64,000 bases of DNA from Lingula anatina (GCA_051362555.1 CM120640.1:2852001-2916000), one strand, 5' to 3'. Shown: positions 28,243 to 40,452, numbered from the stretch's first letter. Made by a program: numbers and translations. Notes: generated from the sequence alone by a model not told the origin.

Positions 28243-31200
28243 CTGAAACAGAACATTAACACTCATTATCATAGTCATCTTCAGACTTCTTCTGGATTGG
28301 TGGGTGACTGACAAATTAGACAAATATTAACATACGGTGTGATATGATAAGATTTTATAAAGCTGTAAGGTCTCAACCTTACAGAATCCATGACAGAAAT
28401 AGTGTCAGTTTGCAAAAATATTTTTTAAAATCTACAACCTGAAGACCTTTTTGGCTGTGCCATAGGCACACACAGATATGTACACAGTACTATGTTGAAC
28501 AACTTCAAGCCCTAATCATTCAATGAAATAATTGTCCAAATAGGCCTACTTTACCTATGCTGCAGTTTCAAATTTAATCTCAATGATTTTCACCAAGGAG
28601 TGATCCATATGCTATCAGAAATTGTTAAAATGTTTATTTATTTTTTCTTTTTAACAAAATAAACTAAAATGATTAATGTAAGGCTTTGTTTTAACAATCT
28701 CCACTATTTTGTCTCAAGATAACAAACATGACACCGAGTGGACACTACAAGTACTGATAATGGATTCTTGATAAATGTTCAAAAATATCAAATATTCAAA
28801 ATGCACCTACATCTTTTTCCCCCTGAGATTCTTTATTTTCTGCCACAACAGGGCCACCAGTGGCTGTTGAAAAATCCAACTGAGAAATTTTTCTTATATC
28901 TTTTTCTCTGGGACTCTGCTGAACCTCTTCCACTTCACCAGGGTATAACGCAACTCCTGTATCTTCTGGCATGAAAGGTATTGCATCTTGCGTGTGATTG
29001 TCATGGATTTCAATGCTGGCTTTCATTCTTTCCTGTTTTGAATGCTCTGCTGTGGAAACAGGTGAAGGTACTTTCTCTTTTTTTGCTGTAAAATAAGTAT
29101 GGTTTTATTCTTAGTTTGAGAGTTTCTAATCATTCTCACAGTTTTTTTTACAAAGAGTCTTATTTTAAGGAAATGTCTTGTACAGTGGGTTAATCAAAAG
29201 AAACCTTTTCTACACATTTTATTCTTTCCCTTAGCAAAATATCAGACCAGTTGCAAATTCACTGCAAACTGCAATTCCTTCTTACAAATTAGCAGCAAGT
29301 TTGCTGCAATATGCCTGCAAATTAGCAGCAAGAAAATTTTTCTTACAAACTCCTGCAAACTCATTGCTGCAAACTTTTCATTTAACAGCATGAAAGCACA
29401 AATGTATTCTGCTTAAAAGTTCAGTCAACAAAATTTTACATTTTTATTGTCAGAACAATGGGAACATGAAACCTGAACAGCATTTATATATACATATATT
29501 GCTGGACATACAATTTAGACATGTGATGTTGTCCATCTTTCTCAGTGACTTCAGCCAGTCTCCAACGGGGAGACACAGCATTATTAGACTAATGTAATGA
29601 ATGAAGACCAAAAATCCTGAAATCAGAGATAATCCTGAAAACTTTCACCCATGGAACAGTATTGTTTACAGCTGCATCAGAAATCTCTATTGTCAGCACT
29701 TCTACAAGAGGTTCTTAAGGGCAGAAATTGCAGAGATGCTATGAAGTGCTGACAACTCTGAGCCTAGGTTTCAAAAAAAAAAAAACTTATCATGGGACCC
29801 AACACCTATTTTATTGCAGATCTTGACGAATTTCAGGAACCACCAGAATTGAATTAAAAAACATGGAATTCTGGGTTTCCGCAGAAAAGCTCATGTCTGC
29901 TTAGCATACCATCAGTAGGAGTAAAGCTAGCCTGATATGTGTTTTCTTCACTGGTGACATCTTCCCACACAGCCTTGCAACCATCTTCTTCATCTGATAA
30001 GTTCTCCTCTCCTTCATCTTCAACAAAGTTGTCAAGCTAGAGGGGAAAAGAAAAAAAAAAACTAATAATATAAAACTGTGTATCTCCAGTATCTACCAGT
30101 TGTCTGTTAGTTTAACTTAACTTGTTGTTTACTACACAAGAAGTCTGAGCTTCCTTGAGAACTTTCATCCTCATCCGAGGACTTCTGATTAGTCTGGGAA
30201 GGAAGATCACTATCAAACTGTCCCAAATATGCAGCAGTTGCAATCTGCTACCACACTCCTTTTGATTGAAACGCTGTACTCTAATGTAAATCACATAAGA
30301 TAAAAAGATAAATCTAATACTAGACATCCAGCTATGATCAAATGTTGCCATTGTACTACCAATGTTCAACCAGAAAGTCCAGTTTTAGATTTTTTGTTCT
30401 ATTTTTGTGATTTCTTACATTTATTCAGAACATTTATTCTGTCTACTGTAAATCATGTCCCTCCCCCACCCCCCCAATTCCTGGAATGATCACCCATCAA
30501 TATTAATAAAATTATTACAATATAAAGAAAAAATTTGCCAACAGGCATTGAAACACAGAAAATGACCTTTTAAAAAATTATCTAGAACAAGTAATTCCTA
30601 GAAAGCAGTTTCTGAGAATCTTCAAGAGGAAGGTGCAGAAGCAAAGGGCAGCTGAGAGAATAAAGGACGATAGAAACATACTGGAAGACCTGATGTGCTC
30701 AAGTTCGATAATTAAAAACGTGACAAACTGGCATTTTCTTTACTGACAGTAGATGGGTTTGATATAGTTATTAGGTTTCCCATGAAGACAGTGACAGCAG
30801 ATCTATTACATCACCTGCACTGAGGCTGTGCCATCACTTGACTGACGGGTAAAGATACTTGGGGTTTGTGTTCCTTCTTCAAGTATCTAAAAATAAAGAA
30901 GTAGACTTCCTTAAAAACATGTATAAAACATACAGGTAAAATATGTTATGAAACTTTACGTGTATTAGTGCATACTTAATCATGTGTGTGTATGCCTGTG
31001 TACACGCATGTTGATTAATGTATAGCTTTGCACCTCCGCAGATTGTGGAGGAATGCTCAGCAAACTAATAGACAACAGGCTCCATCAGCAGACTTTCAAT
31101 TCCTAGATTGTTCATTTTTTTAATCTAAAAGGTCTGGGGCAAAGGAATCACGTGATAATGTCTGAAAATTTAATCTGACACCATTGTAAACAATTGTGCC

Positions 31201-32644
31201 AAACATTCATAGGTTTTTGTATAAACAGATGTCAATGCCACAACTTCATAAGCAATTTTCACTCAAATTTCAATTTTTTAGTAACAAGGGCAACCAACTA
31301 TTATGAGAGACCACACCCAGTGATGTACCGGTGTCACTTGTAGGGTCCATTCTGCGTGAACCATCTGCGTGAACCGATTGTACACACAGCAGACGTGTGT
31401 ATGAGCCATTCCGAGAATGATCCGTTGTTATTCACCTGTACTGTTATATTCAGCTAGTTCATTTCCTACCTCATTATACATTTACCAGCTACGATGGGAA
31501 TATTTCTAGGTAAAATTCATGTTTATTCATAATTTTGATAGAGAATCAGCGTCCAATTCGTTATTCGCTGTTGGCCTACTATTTTATTATTGATTTTACT
31601 AGGCTAGTGTGTTGATGTGGCCACCTGAGGGAAATCGCAGTAGCGGTGAACAACTATAAGTTGTGAATACTTCTAAAGATTATGTTTGAATTTGCAGTAT
31701 GTTCTCAACAGCGCATGTTTATTAAAGGCTGAGAATGTACTGATGACTCGCTAGAAAGTTGGAAGTCTCTCAGATTTGCCTGCACTTTGTGCGCATGAGC
31801 AGGATGGATGGTTCATGCTCCAAGTGGTACTACGTCCACCGGTATAGTGAAAGTATCAACATTTGTTTCTTATACCTCCACATCTAAATCACAGTCAACT
31901 CTCTCTTGAGCAACAGATTGGACAGACACGTTATCACGACTAGCAGCAACTTGTGGCACAGGTGCTTCTACAGGGACTGGCGTTGGTCTGACAACATCGC
32001 CTGAAATCAACCAACCAAAAGTTATACACAACAAGGGAATAGTGTCATTCCGGTTAGAAAATAATCTTTGTATCAAAATATATTAGTAAGGCTACATTCA
32101 GAACAGATGATCTGCAGACAAACATGGCCGACCCCACTTGAAAACTATGCTGCTTATTCCCTATTGGTCTTGCCACCTTCAACACGTGCCAGGTCTGCAG
32201 GAGCCTTGCAATTAAATGGATTAAATCTAAGCTCCGGTACCATTTTTTCGAGTGTGTCAGCCACATTTGATCCAGAGATTAGTAAGTTCACTGATCAACT
32301 TGTTCTAAAAGCACCCTAAAGCACATTTGTTATACTGATCTTTATTACTTAATCACAATGTAGGCTTGGGTTGAGTCCAATGATGGCATTCTCTACAATA
32401 AACTGTCCGAATTTTTTCTAATATATTTTGCATACATTAATGCAATCCTTGCTTTCGATGTAATACATATAAAACAAAGCTGACCCTTCTTCAAGAACAT
32501 AAAGTTTTCCATAAATTCATCATAAGTTTGTTCCGGGCTGTTCATCAAGGCATCTATAGCTTGGTAGGTATATGCATCCTGGTTGTTGGTCTCATTTTCT
32601 GCTTCAGCAGACGATATGTGGTTGTCTACTCCTATTTCATCCAT
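28102..32644 (-). CDS. IFTAP: Intraflagellar transport-associated protein (C11orf74/NWC homologue), ~299 aa; exons 32485-32644, 31876-32000, 30815-30886, 29910-30036, 28811-29085, 28102-28242
   Basis: Family-type blocks [31 protein letters not shown] and C-terminal [22 protein letters not shown]; six exons phase-consistent (900 nt). Confidence 0.85.
28811..29085 (-). CDS. IFTAP: IFTAP exon 5
   Basis: KKEKVPSP...[16 protein letters not shown]...EKD|GTAGGT. Confidence 0.8.
29910..30036 (-). CDS. IFTAP: IFTAP exon 4
   Basis: [42 protein letters not shown]; AG/GT flanks. Confidence 0.8.
30815..30886 (-). CDS. IFTAP: IFTAP exon 3
   Basis: [24 protein letters not shown]; phase 0-0. Confidence 0.75.
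31326..31844. mobile_element. Possible degenerate inverted-repeat element in an IFTAP intron
   Basis: TACCGGTG..CACTTG versus CAAGTG..CACCGGTA; subterminal GCGTGAACCATC versus GATGGTTCATGC; locally CpG-richer. Confidence 0.35.
31876..32000 (-). CDS. IFTAP: IFTAP exon 2
   Basis: [41 protein letters not shown]; phase 1-0. Confidence 0.8.
32485..32644 (-). CDS. IFTAP: IFTAP first coding exon
   Basis: [11 protein letters not shown]...[23 protein letters not shown]+G; an upstream acceptor at ~32664 implies a non-coding first exon (donor near 33190). Confidence 0.8.
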
Positions 32645-33279
32645 CTCAGCTGCCAGCAAAACACTACAAAATGAAAGATTCATTCAAATAAGTGAATTTT
32701 TTGGAAAAATATGGTAGCATATTATGTAGGAACTGAAGATATGACATATGGAGAGAGAACCCTTTTTCACAATTTCATTTCTCATAGGCAAGAAAATCTC
32801 TGACATTGAGAAGATTATAAAGATGTCCCCTTTTCACACAATAACTTTCATTATTTCATGCAAAGGCAAAATTTATATGATACATAATTATATGCTACTG
32901 TATATATACAAGTTATACAAGTTGCAGTACAAAATGTTTGCTTGTAAAGTGCCTCATATGTACCATGCAGTTTCTTGTGTTGCTCCAACCAGTGGTTTCA
33001 ACTTGCCTTCTAAACATGAATTTGAGCAAAATTTTCAATGAGCCTGAGATAACTCTACACAAAATACTGATCGTCAAATTTGGTCATAATACATTTACTG
33101 GCAGTAATTAATTTAACTTTTTTAAAGTGAATAAAATATTGATTGGCAAAAAAAAGAAGCAAAATATTCACATTCATTTTCGTGTTACTACCTGAGTTAT
33201 AACACTGGTGATTTTTAATACAGCTTCACATATTCTTAAGTTTGCAACAACAGATTTCTTAGCTAACAGCACACTGAAA

Positions 33280-33413
33280 GCTTTTACGACTACAGCCAAA
33301 TGTGATATCGTGCACTGCCAGGCATTTTGTTTACCTGGAAGTGACGTCTCAAACCTCCTGAGGTCACATGAGACTGTTTATCCAATGAGCTTGCAGTTCT
33401 TTTCAAGATGGCG
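33280..33413. promoter_or_regulatory. Bidirectional promoter shared by IFTAP and lin-7
   Basis: Start codons are 764 bp apart and divergent; GGAAGTGACGT (ETS/CRE overlap) 33337-33347, GTCACATGA E-box 33363-33371, CCAAT 33382-33386, CAAGATGGCG YY1-like motif over the lin-7 ATG; local CpG enrichment. Confidence 0.7.
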
Positions 33414-33444
33414 AGCACTGGTGAGCCTTTGACGTTGGAGCAAG
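33408..33444 (+). CDS. LIN7: lin-7 exon 1
   Basis: [12 protein letters not shown]+G|GTAATT. Confidence 0.9.
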
Positions 33445-36400
33445 GTAATTTAGATATATTTTGGTTCTTTCCGTTGTAGAATATTATTGATCGCCTATAG
33501 AACAACTCGAGAATGCTTCATATTCAATGCAAAAGGAATAAATATGTCTAGTTTTGCTTTTTTGTTCAAATTATAGGCTAATGTTCACAGAACGGTTGAC
33601 ACCCTTCATTTAGTCATTGGATATTCAAACTATTTCAACTATGCATTTGGGTCTGAGAGTTTTTTATTGTCGCAGTGCATGGATTACGATTCTTGGTATT
33701 TGAGAGACTGCGCATTTTGTAAATATAAAGCAAACCTCTTAATCATATTCCATTCAAATGTAGCTGAGCCTGCTTGGTGCCCTAATTAGTTTGCTAAATA
33801 AAGACAAGGCTTCCAGTTTGTGCCAATAAGGCTTATAGTAACTGGCTCGCGCTGCCAGTAATTACGCCGCGGGATAATCAGTGCACAGACCGTGATCATA
33901 AGACATACCGAAAATAGAAAATAGAAAATAGACATTGCATGTGAACGAAGCCTAAGTGGCAACATTTACAGCCGAATCATGTGCAGTTTCACTTCCTTAA
34001 GCTAAAAGCATAGAGCGTATAGAGTGATTTCTTAAAGTTACAAGTAGAGATTGCTCCTAGTTTTCAGCAAGCTTCTATTATTGTTGGAAAATCACTTGGG
34101 TTTTCTAGGGCATAACTGGATTAATTTTTATTGAAGTGGAGTGTTAATTATATTTCAGATGTTGCAAGAGCCATTGAATTATTGGAAAATTTGCAAAGAA
34201 GTAAGTGGAAAAGCATATTAAGTCTTCACTTATTATCTTAAAATTGCGAATTTCAAAGAGAAAATAAATATAAGTTTCTTCAAGTATGGGCATCTGTTAT
34301 AATTTTTTTCAAACCTCAGATATCATTATGATATATATAAAGATTGAATTTACTTGTATGTTTTTCTGTGTGCACAAGGTTATGAATAAACAAATAAAAA
34401 GTTTGAATTAAATTTGTTGAAGAATGAATGTCAAACATTAAATCACTTGTCATTACCAGGTGGAGAGTTCAACAATGCTAAGTTAATGGCCCTGCAGAAA
34501 GTGCTCCAGAGTGAATTCTGCCAGGCAGTGAGGGAGGTATACGAGCATGTCTACGAAACCGTGGATATCCAGGGAAGTCCAGAAATAAGAGCGAATGCAA
34601 CTGCAAAGGTTGGTCTCACTCTGCTTGTTTAACTTAAGACATCACAAAGTATAAGTTTAGTTTAAGTAGAACGTTTGCTAAACATAAATTTATATTTATC
34701 ATAGAATGGACAGTGATGTTAGTTATTTGCCTTTGTTGGCTTTAAGTTAACTTTATTGCTAAAAAAATTACAGATGGATAGCTCAGAATTGGGTCTACTT
34801 AGAATTGATAGGATCTTGATGTTGATCCAGTAATCAGTTAATTAATAGTGAGAATTGAGCAGCTTTGGCAGAGTTCCCTGCCCTCTGATTGCCTTTCTAC
34901 TAGTTTTTAATGTTTTGATTTGTTTAATATATCTTGCAGCTTTTATGTTACAGTTATCCCTAAACTTTTGCCAAAATTATGTGGATCATATTTCCAGGCC
35001 ACTGTAGCTGCTTTTGCTGCCAGTGAAGGGCATGCACATCCCAGAGTGGTAGAACTGCCCAAGACAGAGGAGGGTCTTGGTTTCAATGTGATGGGAGGAA
35101 AGGAACAGAACTCTCCCATCTATATCTCACGCATCATTCCTGGGGGTGTGGCAGACAGACATGCTGGACTGAAGAGAGGGGATCAGTTGTTGTCTGTGAA
35201 TGGTGTGGTAAGTATGACCCATTTCCAGAGATTAGATTGATCTACTTTAGATCGACCTAACTCCCTGGGGGTTCACGCTAAATAGCTGTCAGCCGAGCCA
35301 ATACGGAAGTTAATTACCCCCTTACAGCTTGCAGTATGCGGGACAGACATTTAAGCCGGATTATCTGACAGTAATCTAGTGAGACTCCCCGCGGGGATAG
35401 ATCAATCTAAAAGCTCTGGGAATACAGCCCATGTCTGAGGATGTACAGTTTGTAATTGGGAGTTAGAGGTGATGCAGAGCATTTACACTGAGCAAAAATA
35501 TATGTGACTTTATTTTTTAATATGTTATTATTATTACTTTATTGTACCACCAGCGTAGGCGCTGGCGGTACACATGGTTTTAGTCCCGACCCGTATGTTC
35601 CGCCGGCTCCTGCGGCTCCGCCGGCTCCTGCGGCTCCGCCGCCAAGTCACCGTTACCGCTTCTCCTCCTAGACGGTAAGGGCCTCCATACCCATCTCTTG
35701 GATTTAGGTCACCTATAATCTCAACTCGTTCCACGTAAAATTTGGGCTTTGTCGGTATTGGGGTCTAGGTGTGGCACATTATGGTAACTCCAAAATTATA
35801 ACATTTAGTCCCTTATATCTCCAAAACTGGCAGAGATAGGTCCATAGTTACTATTGAAGTTGAATAGGAAGTCATATACTGGCAATCTAAATGTGACCTT
35901 AAAATTGACCTTTGACCTACTTTTCACCATGAACTGAACTTTGCAAATTTTGCTTCCCTTTTATCTCCAAAACTGGCAGAGATAGGTCCATAGTTTCTAT
36001 TGAACTTGAATAGGAAGTCATATACTGGCAATCTAAATGTGACCTTAAAATTGACCTTTGACCTACTTTTCACCATGAACTGAACTTTGCATATTTTGCT
36101 TCTCCTTTATCTCCAAAACTGGCAGAGATAGGTCCATAGTTACTATTGAAGTTGAATAGGAAGTCATATACTGGCAATTTACTGTGACCTTGGAATTGAC
36201 CTTTGACCTACCTTACAATGAACTTAACTTTGATTGTACCATTTTTATGTACAGACACAGATGTGTCTGTACATATTGCCATCACCTGCGTCTGTCGTCG
36301 CCGATGCCGATGGCGATGCCGATGCCGATGCCGGCGCCGGCGCCGTGCACTTTCCTTGTAAACACGATAAGTGGAAGGCAGTTTCACTTTTTGGCTTTAT

Positions 36401-39400
36401 ATTTACAGAGCTGATGAATATTCATAAAACGCAGGTCAAGTTCGAAAATCAGCATGATCGGGCCATTATTGTAGAAGTTATGCTGTTTTTTCACTTTTCA
36501 GCATATATGCAACCTTGTAAACACGTTTTAAGGAAAACCGTTAGGCCTGTTGTCATGAAACTCACAGGAGTAATCAATCTTACTAAAACGCAGGTCAAGT
36601 TCGAAAATCAGCATGATCTGGCCACTATTTTAGTAGTTATGCGGTTTTTTCATTGTTCAGCATATATGCAACACTGTAAACACAATATAAGAAAAACAGA
36701 AAGCCCAATTGTCATTAAACTCACAGGAATGGTCAGTCTTACTAAAACGCAGGTTGAGTTTGAAACTCAGCATAATCAGGGCATTATTTTAGAAGTTATG
36801 CTGTTTTTTCACATTTCCTCAGATTTCCTCAGATTTAATTCTTAGGCATGTTAATAGCCTTATTATTTAAGTAATGAGATATGTAAAAGTGTTTGCTTGA
36901 CATTTCCTGCATCTTTACAACATTGTTAGTTGATTATGTAAAAATGATGGTAAACTTGTTATCATGTATTGTGTAATCAAGTGTCAAAAACGGAAATAAA
37001 CTCATATCATTGCAGTTTGTCAGATTCAATCATCCACTATGTTCAGAATCTCAGAATGGAGGAAATTGGACATTTAACACTGTTCTATTGATACTTTTCT
37101 CATCTCATCATTTTTCTTAGTTGGTCATAAAAAAATGGCAGTAAAATGTTTATTTTGTTTTATGTTAAAAAAAGTGTTAAAAACGGAAATAAACCCATTT
37201 CAGAACAGTGCTGTCTTGTTTACATTTTGGCATTTTCAAGATGTGACTTTGAAGTTCCATGGGCCTGAAGACCTTTGCTAGTCACATTTTCTGAATATCT
37301 GTGATACTAATATTTTATAATTAAAAATTAATGGTCATTATGCTGTTAAACATTATGTAATATTGCATCAAAATTTGAAGAAACCCCTATTTTGGGCACT
37401 GCTCCCATGATGACCATTTAAGGAAAATCATGTCACTTACTGTTCTCAAACTTACAGGAAAGAAACATGGGACTAAAATACAGCTTCAGTAGGCAATGCA
37501 GTCTGTTTGGTAACTTTTTCTGGCAGTTAAACAGTTTTTTGTGAAAATTTTTATTTTTCACGTGTTGGCATTTTTAAGGTGTGACTTTGAAGTTCCATGA
37601 TAGTGAAGACCTTTGCTTGTCATGTTTTCTGAATGTCCATGTTACTAATATTTTATTAATAACATTTGATGGTCATTATGCTGTTAAACATTATGTAATG
37701 TTGCATCAAAATTTGAAAAAAAAAAACCTATTTTGGGCACTGCTCCTATGATGACCATTTAAGGGAAATCATGTCACTTACTGTTCTCAAACTTACAGGA
37801 AAGAAACATGGGTCTAACATACAGCTTCAGTAGGCAATGCAGTCTGTTTGGTAAAATTTTCTGGCAATTTAACAGTTTTTTGTGAAAATTTAATTTTTCA
37901 CTTCTTGGCATTTTCAAGGTGCGACTTAGAACCTCCACGGGCTTGAAGACCCATGCTAGTCACATTTTCTGAAAATCCATGACAGGTATATTTTATTATT
38001 AAAAATTGATGTATTATGCTGTTAAGCATTATGTAATGTTGCATCAAAATAGAAGAAAACACAATTTTTGGTGCTTCTGCCATGATGACCATTATGGGAA
38101 AACCGTGTTACTTATGATTGTCAAACTTTCAAAAAAGAAACACAGGACTAAAATGCAGCCCGAGTTGGAAAAGCAGTCTAATTGGCTTCTTTTTCTGGAA
38201 GTTATACATTTTAGTGAAATATTCATTATCTTTTTGGCATATTCATTGTTGGACTCGGAGCTCCCATGGACATGAAGCCGGATGGTAATCAAATTTTCTA
38301 CATGTCCATGCTATTTATAGTTAATAATCAAAAATTGGTGATAATTATTCTATAATTTATTATGTAATGTTACATCAAAATTGACAATAATCTTTTTGCA
38401 CTGCTACTGCAAACATTATGAAAAGAAAACTGTGTTATTTATTATTATATTTAACTTATGAGTATGATATATATATATATCAAACTCAAAGATTAAAAGT
38501 TTGAATAGCAGCTTCGTTGGAATTATATTTACCTCTGCCAAGGAGGTTATATTTTCACCCCTGTTTGTCATCAACATAACTCAAAAAGTTATGGACCGAT
38601 TTTGCTGAAATTTTCAGGAACTGTCAGAAGTGGGCCAAAGAGGACAATAATCAATAATAATCAACAATTGCTACCTTGGCAGAGGTCTGCACTCTCGGAG
38701 TGCTTTTCTAGTTTTGTTATGTTTTCCTTTATAATTTTTTCTCAAACACTTGCATTTGTGACTTTTAACTCTCATCCGCCTGAGGCTCTGACATTTCTGT
38801 ATTTCCACATAAGCAGTTGTATTGTTTTTTATGTCTTTAAACATTATGTTACTTATGTAATATTATTTTATGCACTGTCATCATTTTTCAAATATTGAGA
38901 CTTTCATCATGTGAATTTAAACTCATGGTCCTGAAACTGTAATCTTATTGAAAGGGTAGATTGAGACCATCTTCTGGGTCTTCCGGAAGACAGTCAGGTT
39001 ATTAAGTTTATATTGCCTGGTATCTATTTTTTCTTCTGTTGGAAGACCATCAAAATGGAGGATGGATCAAAATAGATACTTTGATATACTGTCAGAAAAT
39101 ATCTCTGGGTCCGCTCATGTTATTGACCATTTTACCTGTTGTGCATGATTAAAATTCAGTGTTGACTGACAGTGCTATTATAAGCATTATTTATTATTGC
39201 ATCAAAATTGACAAAATGACCTATTTTGAATCTTTATTTTCTGTTTTTTGTCTGTACATTTGACAGCTTTGCTGCCTTGTTAGTTATATATATATTTTTT
39301 GCATATTTTGAAAATTCTTGTTGATTGCATTTTTACAGCTTGGCAAGCACAAGACTGGTGGCTGTGTTCCTTATTTTGTATATGTGGGGGTCTATACGAA

Positions 39401-40009
39401 TGCGCTTGCTCCAGCTGGTGGTACAATATTCGGAGGCGGTATCGCCTCTCTGATCCTCTAGTTGTGAATGTAGATATGGTAACAGAATAAAGTTTAAAAA
39501 CAATAATATATTTTGATATAGGGAAAGTGCCATTCCTATCTTTGATAACATGATTTTTGCCAATTTGATGCTTTTCAACTTGCGGATTTACTGCCATTTC
39601 AGAGTGTTGAAGGAGAGAATCATGAAAAAGCTGTGGATCTTTTGAAGGCTGCACAAGGTAAATAAACACAATTTCAGTTTCACCAGAAAGAAAAGTGTTA
39701 TCTGTACAAGTAAAATTAACATAAGTATTAATAAATAGGACAGTAAGCAGGGTTTTTCTTTTTTTTTCAAACTTGGCATTTTTTAAAAATGTTTTTACTT
39801 ACATGTAAGGACAGGCTACACCCTTTTTAAATAAAACCATTAAATTGCCTTTGTGTGTTCCGATAACTTGAATCTCCTGCTAGATGTATCCAAAGTTTTA
39901 TATTTTTGCAGGCACTGTAAAACTGGTGGTTAGATATACTCCAAAAGTTTTGGAGGAAATGGAAGCAAGGTTTGAAAGACAAAGGGCAGGAAGAAGAAGG
40001 GCACCATAG
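33408..40009 (+). CDS. LIN7: Protein lin-7 homologue (Veli/MALS; L27 + PDZ), ~196 aa; exons 33408-33444, 34159-34200, 34460-34608, 34998-35207, 39603-39657, 39912-40009
   Basis: [22 protein letters not shown]...[83 protein letters not shown]...[20 protein letters not shown]; phase-consistent (591 nt). Confidence 0.97.
34159..34200 (+). CDS. LIN7: lin-7 exon 2
   Basis: [14 protein letters not shown]; TTTCAG| ... |GTAAGT. Confidence 0.92.
34460..34608 (+). CDS. LIN7: lin-7 exon 3 (L27)
   Basis: [49 protein letters not shown]. Confidence 0.95.
34998..35207 (+). CDS. LIN7: lin-7 exon 4 (PDZ)
   Basis: [34 protein letters not shown]...[10 protein letters not shown]. Confidence 0.97.
35216..35430. 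mobile_element. MITE with long imperfect inverted ends (family shared with 48813-49029)
   Basis: TTCCAGAG..TTAGATTGATCTA versus TAGATCAATCTAA..CTCTGGGAA; internal CAGACATTT.AGCCGG..TGACAG.AAT.TAGTGAGAC recurs at ~48929-48969. Confidence 0.65.
35810..36225. repeat. 146-bp tandem core repeat, ~3 units
   Basis: AAAACTGGCAGAGATAGG at 35823, 35969, 36115. Confidence 0.95.
36350..36815. repeat. 159-bp tandem core repeat x3 inside family B
   Basis: AAAACGCAGGT at 36426, 36585, 36744. Confidence 0.9.
37225..38460. repeat. ~340-bp tandem repeat, 3 clear units plus 1 degenerate, inside family B
   Basis: GGCATTTT.AAG.TG.GACTT.GAA at 37229, 37567, 37907 and degenerate near 38236. Confidence 0.85.
38528..38713 (+). 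mobile_element. Innermost short Helentron/HINE-like element, family C
   Basis: 5' subTIR ACCTCTGCCAAGG (38531) followed by AGGT, 3' subTIR CCTTGGCAGAGGT (38674), hairpin GCACTC-TCG-GAGTGC, terminal CTAG|TT. Confidence 0.8.
39603..39657 (+). CDS. LIN7: lin-7 exon 5
   Basis: [18 protein letters not shown]+G. Confidence 0.95.
39912..40009 (+). CDS. LIN7: lin-7 last coding exon
   Basis: [34 protein letters not shown] stop. Confidence 0.95.
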
Positions 40010-40452
40010 TTGTTTTTAAAAGTCTTGACAGAAAGGACAGAAAAATATCTGCAGAACTGTGCAGTTTCCTGGTACTAGGAAGCAGTATCAAGTTTCTGAA
40101 TGTGTTAGATGTGATCATGAAATGCTTCAGATGTGAACACATGTGTAGAACTTCTCTGATCATAGATTGTGCTTGTTTCCACTTTAATGGATTCTGAAAT
40201 TTAATCATGGACATGGCATTTTTTTGTACAAAGAAGGAATTTTTTCCAACCATGCATTTGAAAATAATGGTTATGTGTCAAGCACAGATTCTGAACAGAC
40301 CCTGTGTAGTTTTACAGAGAAGAACAGCAAATAATAAAAATAGTTAAGTGTTCAATGTGTCTATACATGGATGTATGCAGTTTCCCCTCATGTACATAGT
40401 GCCTGTAGAGAATTCATAGTGAAATAGATTTGAGTCAGGTTATCTGCATATG

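Larger units (their letters stand above)
36242..39285 (+). mobile_element. Nested Helentron/HINE-like element, family B
   Basis: 5' subTIR ATGTACAGAC (36247) plus inverted repeat GTCTGTACAT (36265), (GCCGAT)n microsatellite, 159-bp and ~340-bp internal arrays, 3' subTIR GTCTGTACAT (39250), hairpin CAGC-TTT-GCTG; absent from family A copy 2 at the equivalent position. Confidence 0.8.
35539..39463 (+). mobile_element. Non-autonomous Helentron/HINE-like element, family A, copy 1 (interrupted by nested elements)
   Basis: 5' subTIR ATTGTACCACCAGC with adjacent inverted repeat, (CCGGCTCCG)n microsatellite, 146-bp core repeats x3, 3' subTIR GCTGGTGGTACAAT 39414-39427, hairpin GAGGCG-GTAT-CGCCTC, terminal CTAG|TT; homologous to 45028-47213. 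Confidence 0.85.

Noticed and set aside
35534-35734. Arg/Ser-rich protamine-like ORF (RRSRRSRRS)
   Set aside because: Translation of the 9-bp GC microsatellite at the 5' end of the family A element
36234-36845. 203-aa ORF with internal repeats ([11 protein letters not shown])
   Set aside because: Arises from the (GCCGAT)n microsatellite and the 159-bp (multiple of 3) core repeats of the nested element; no recognisable domain
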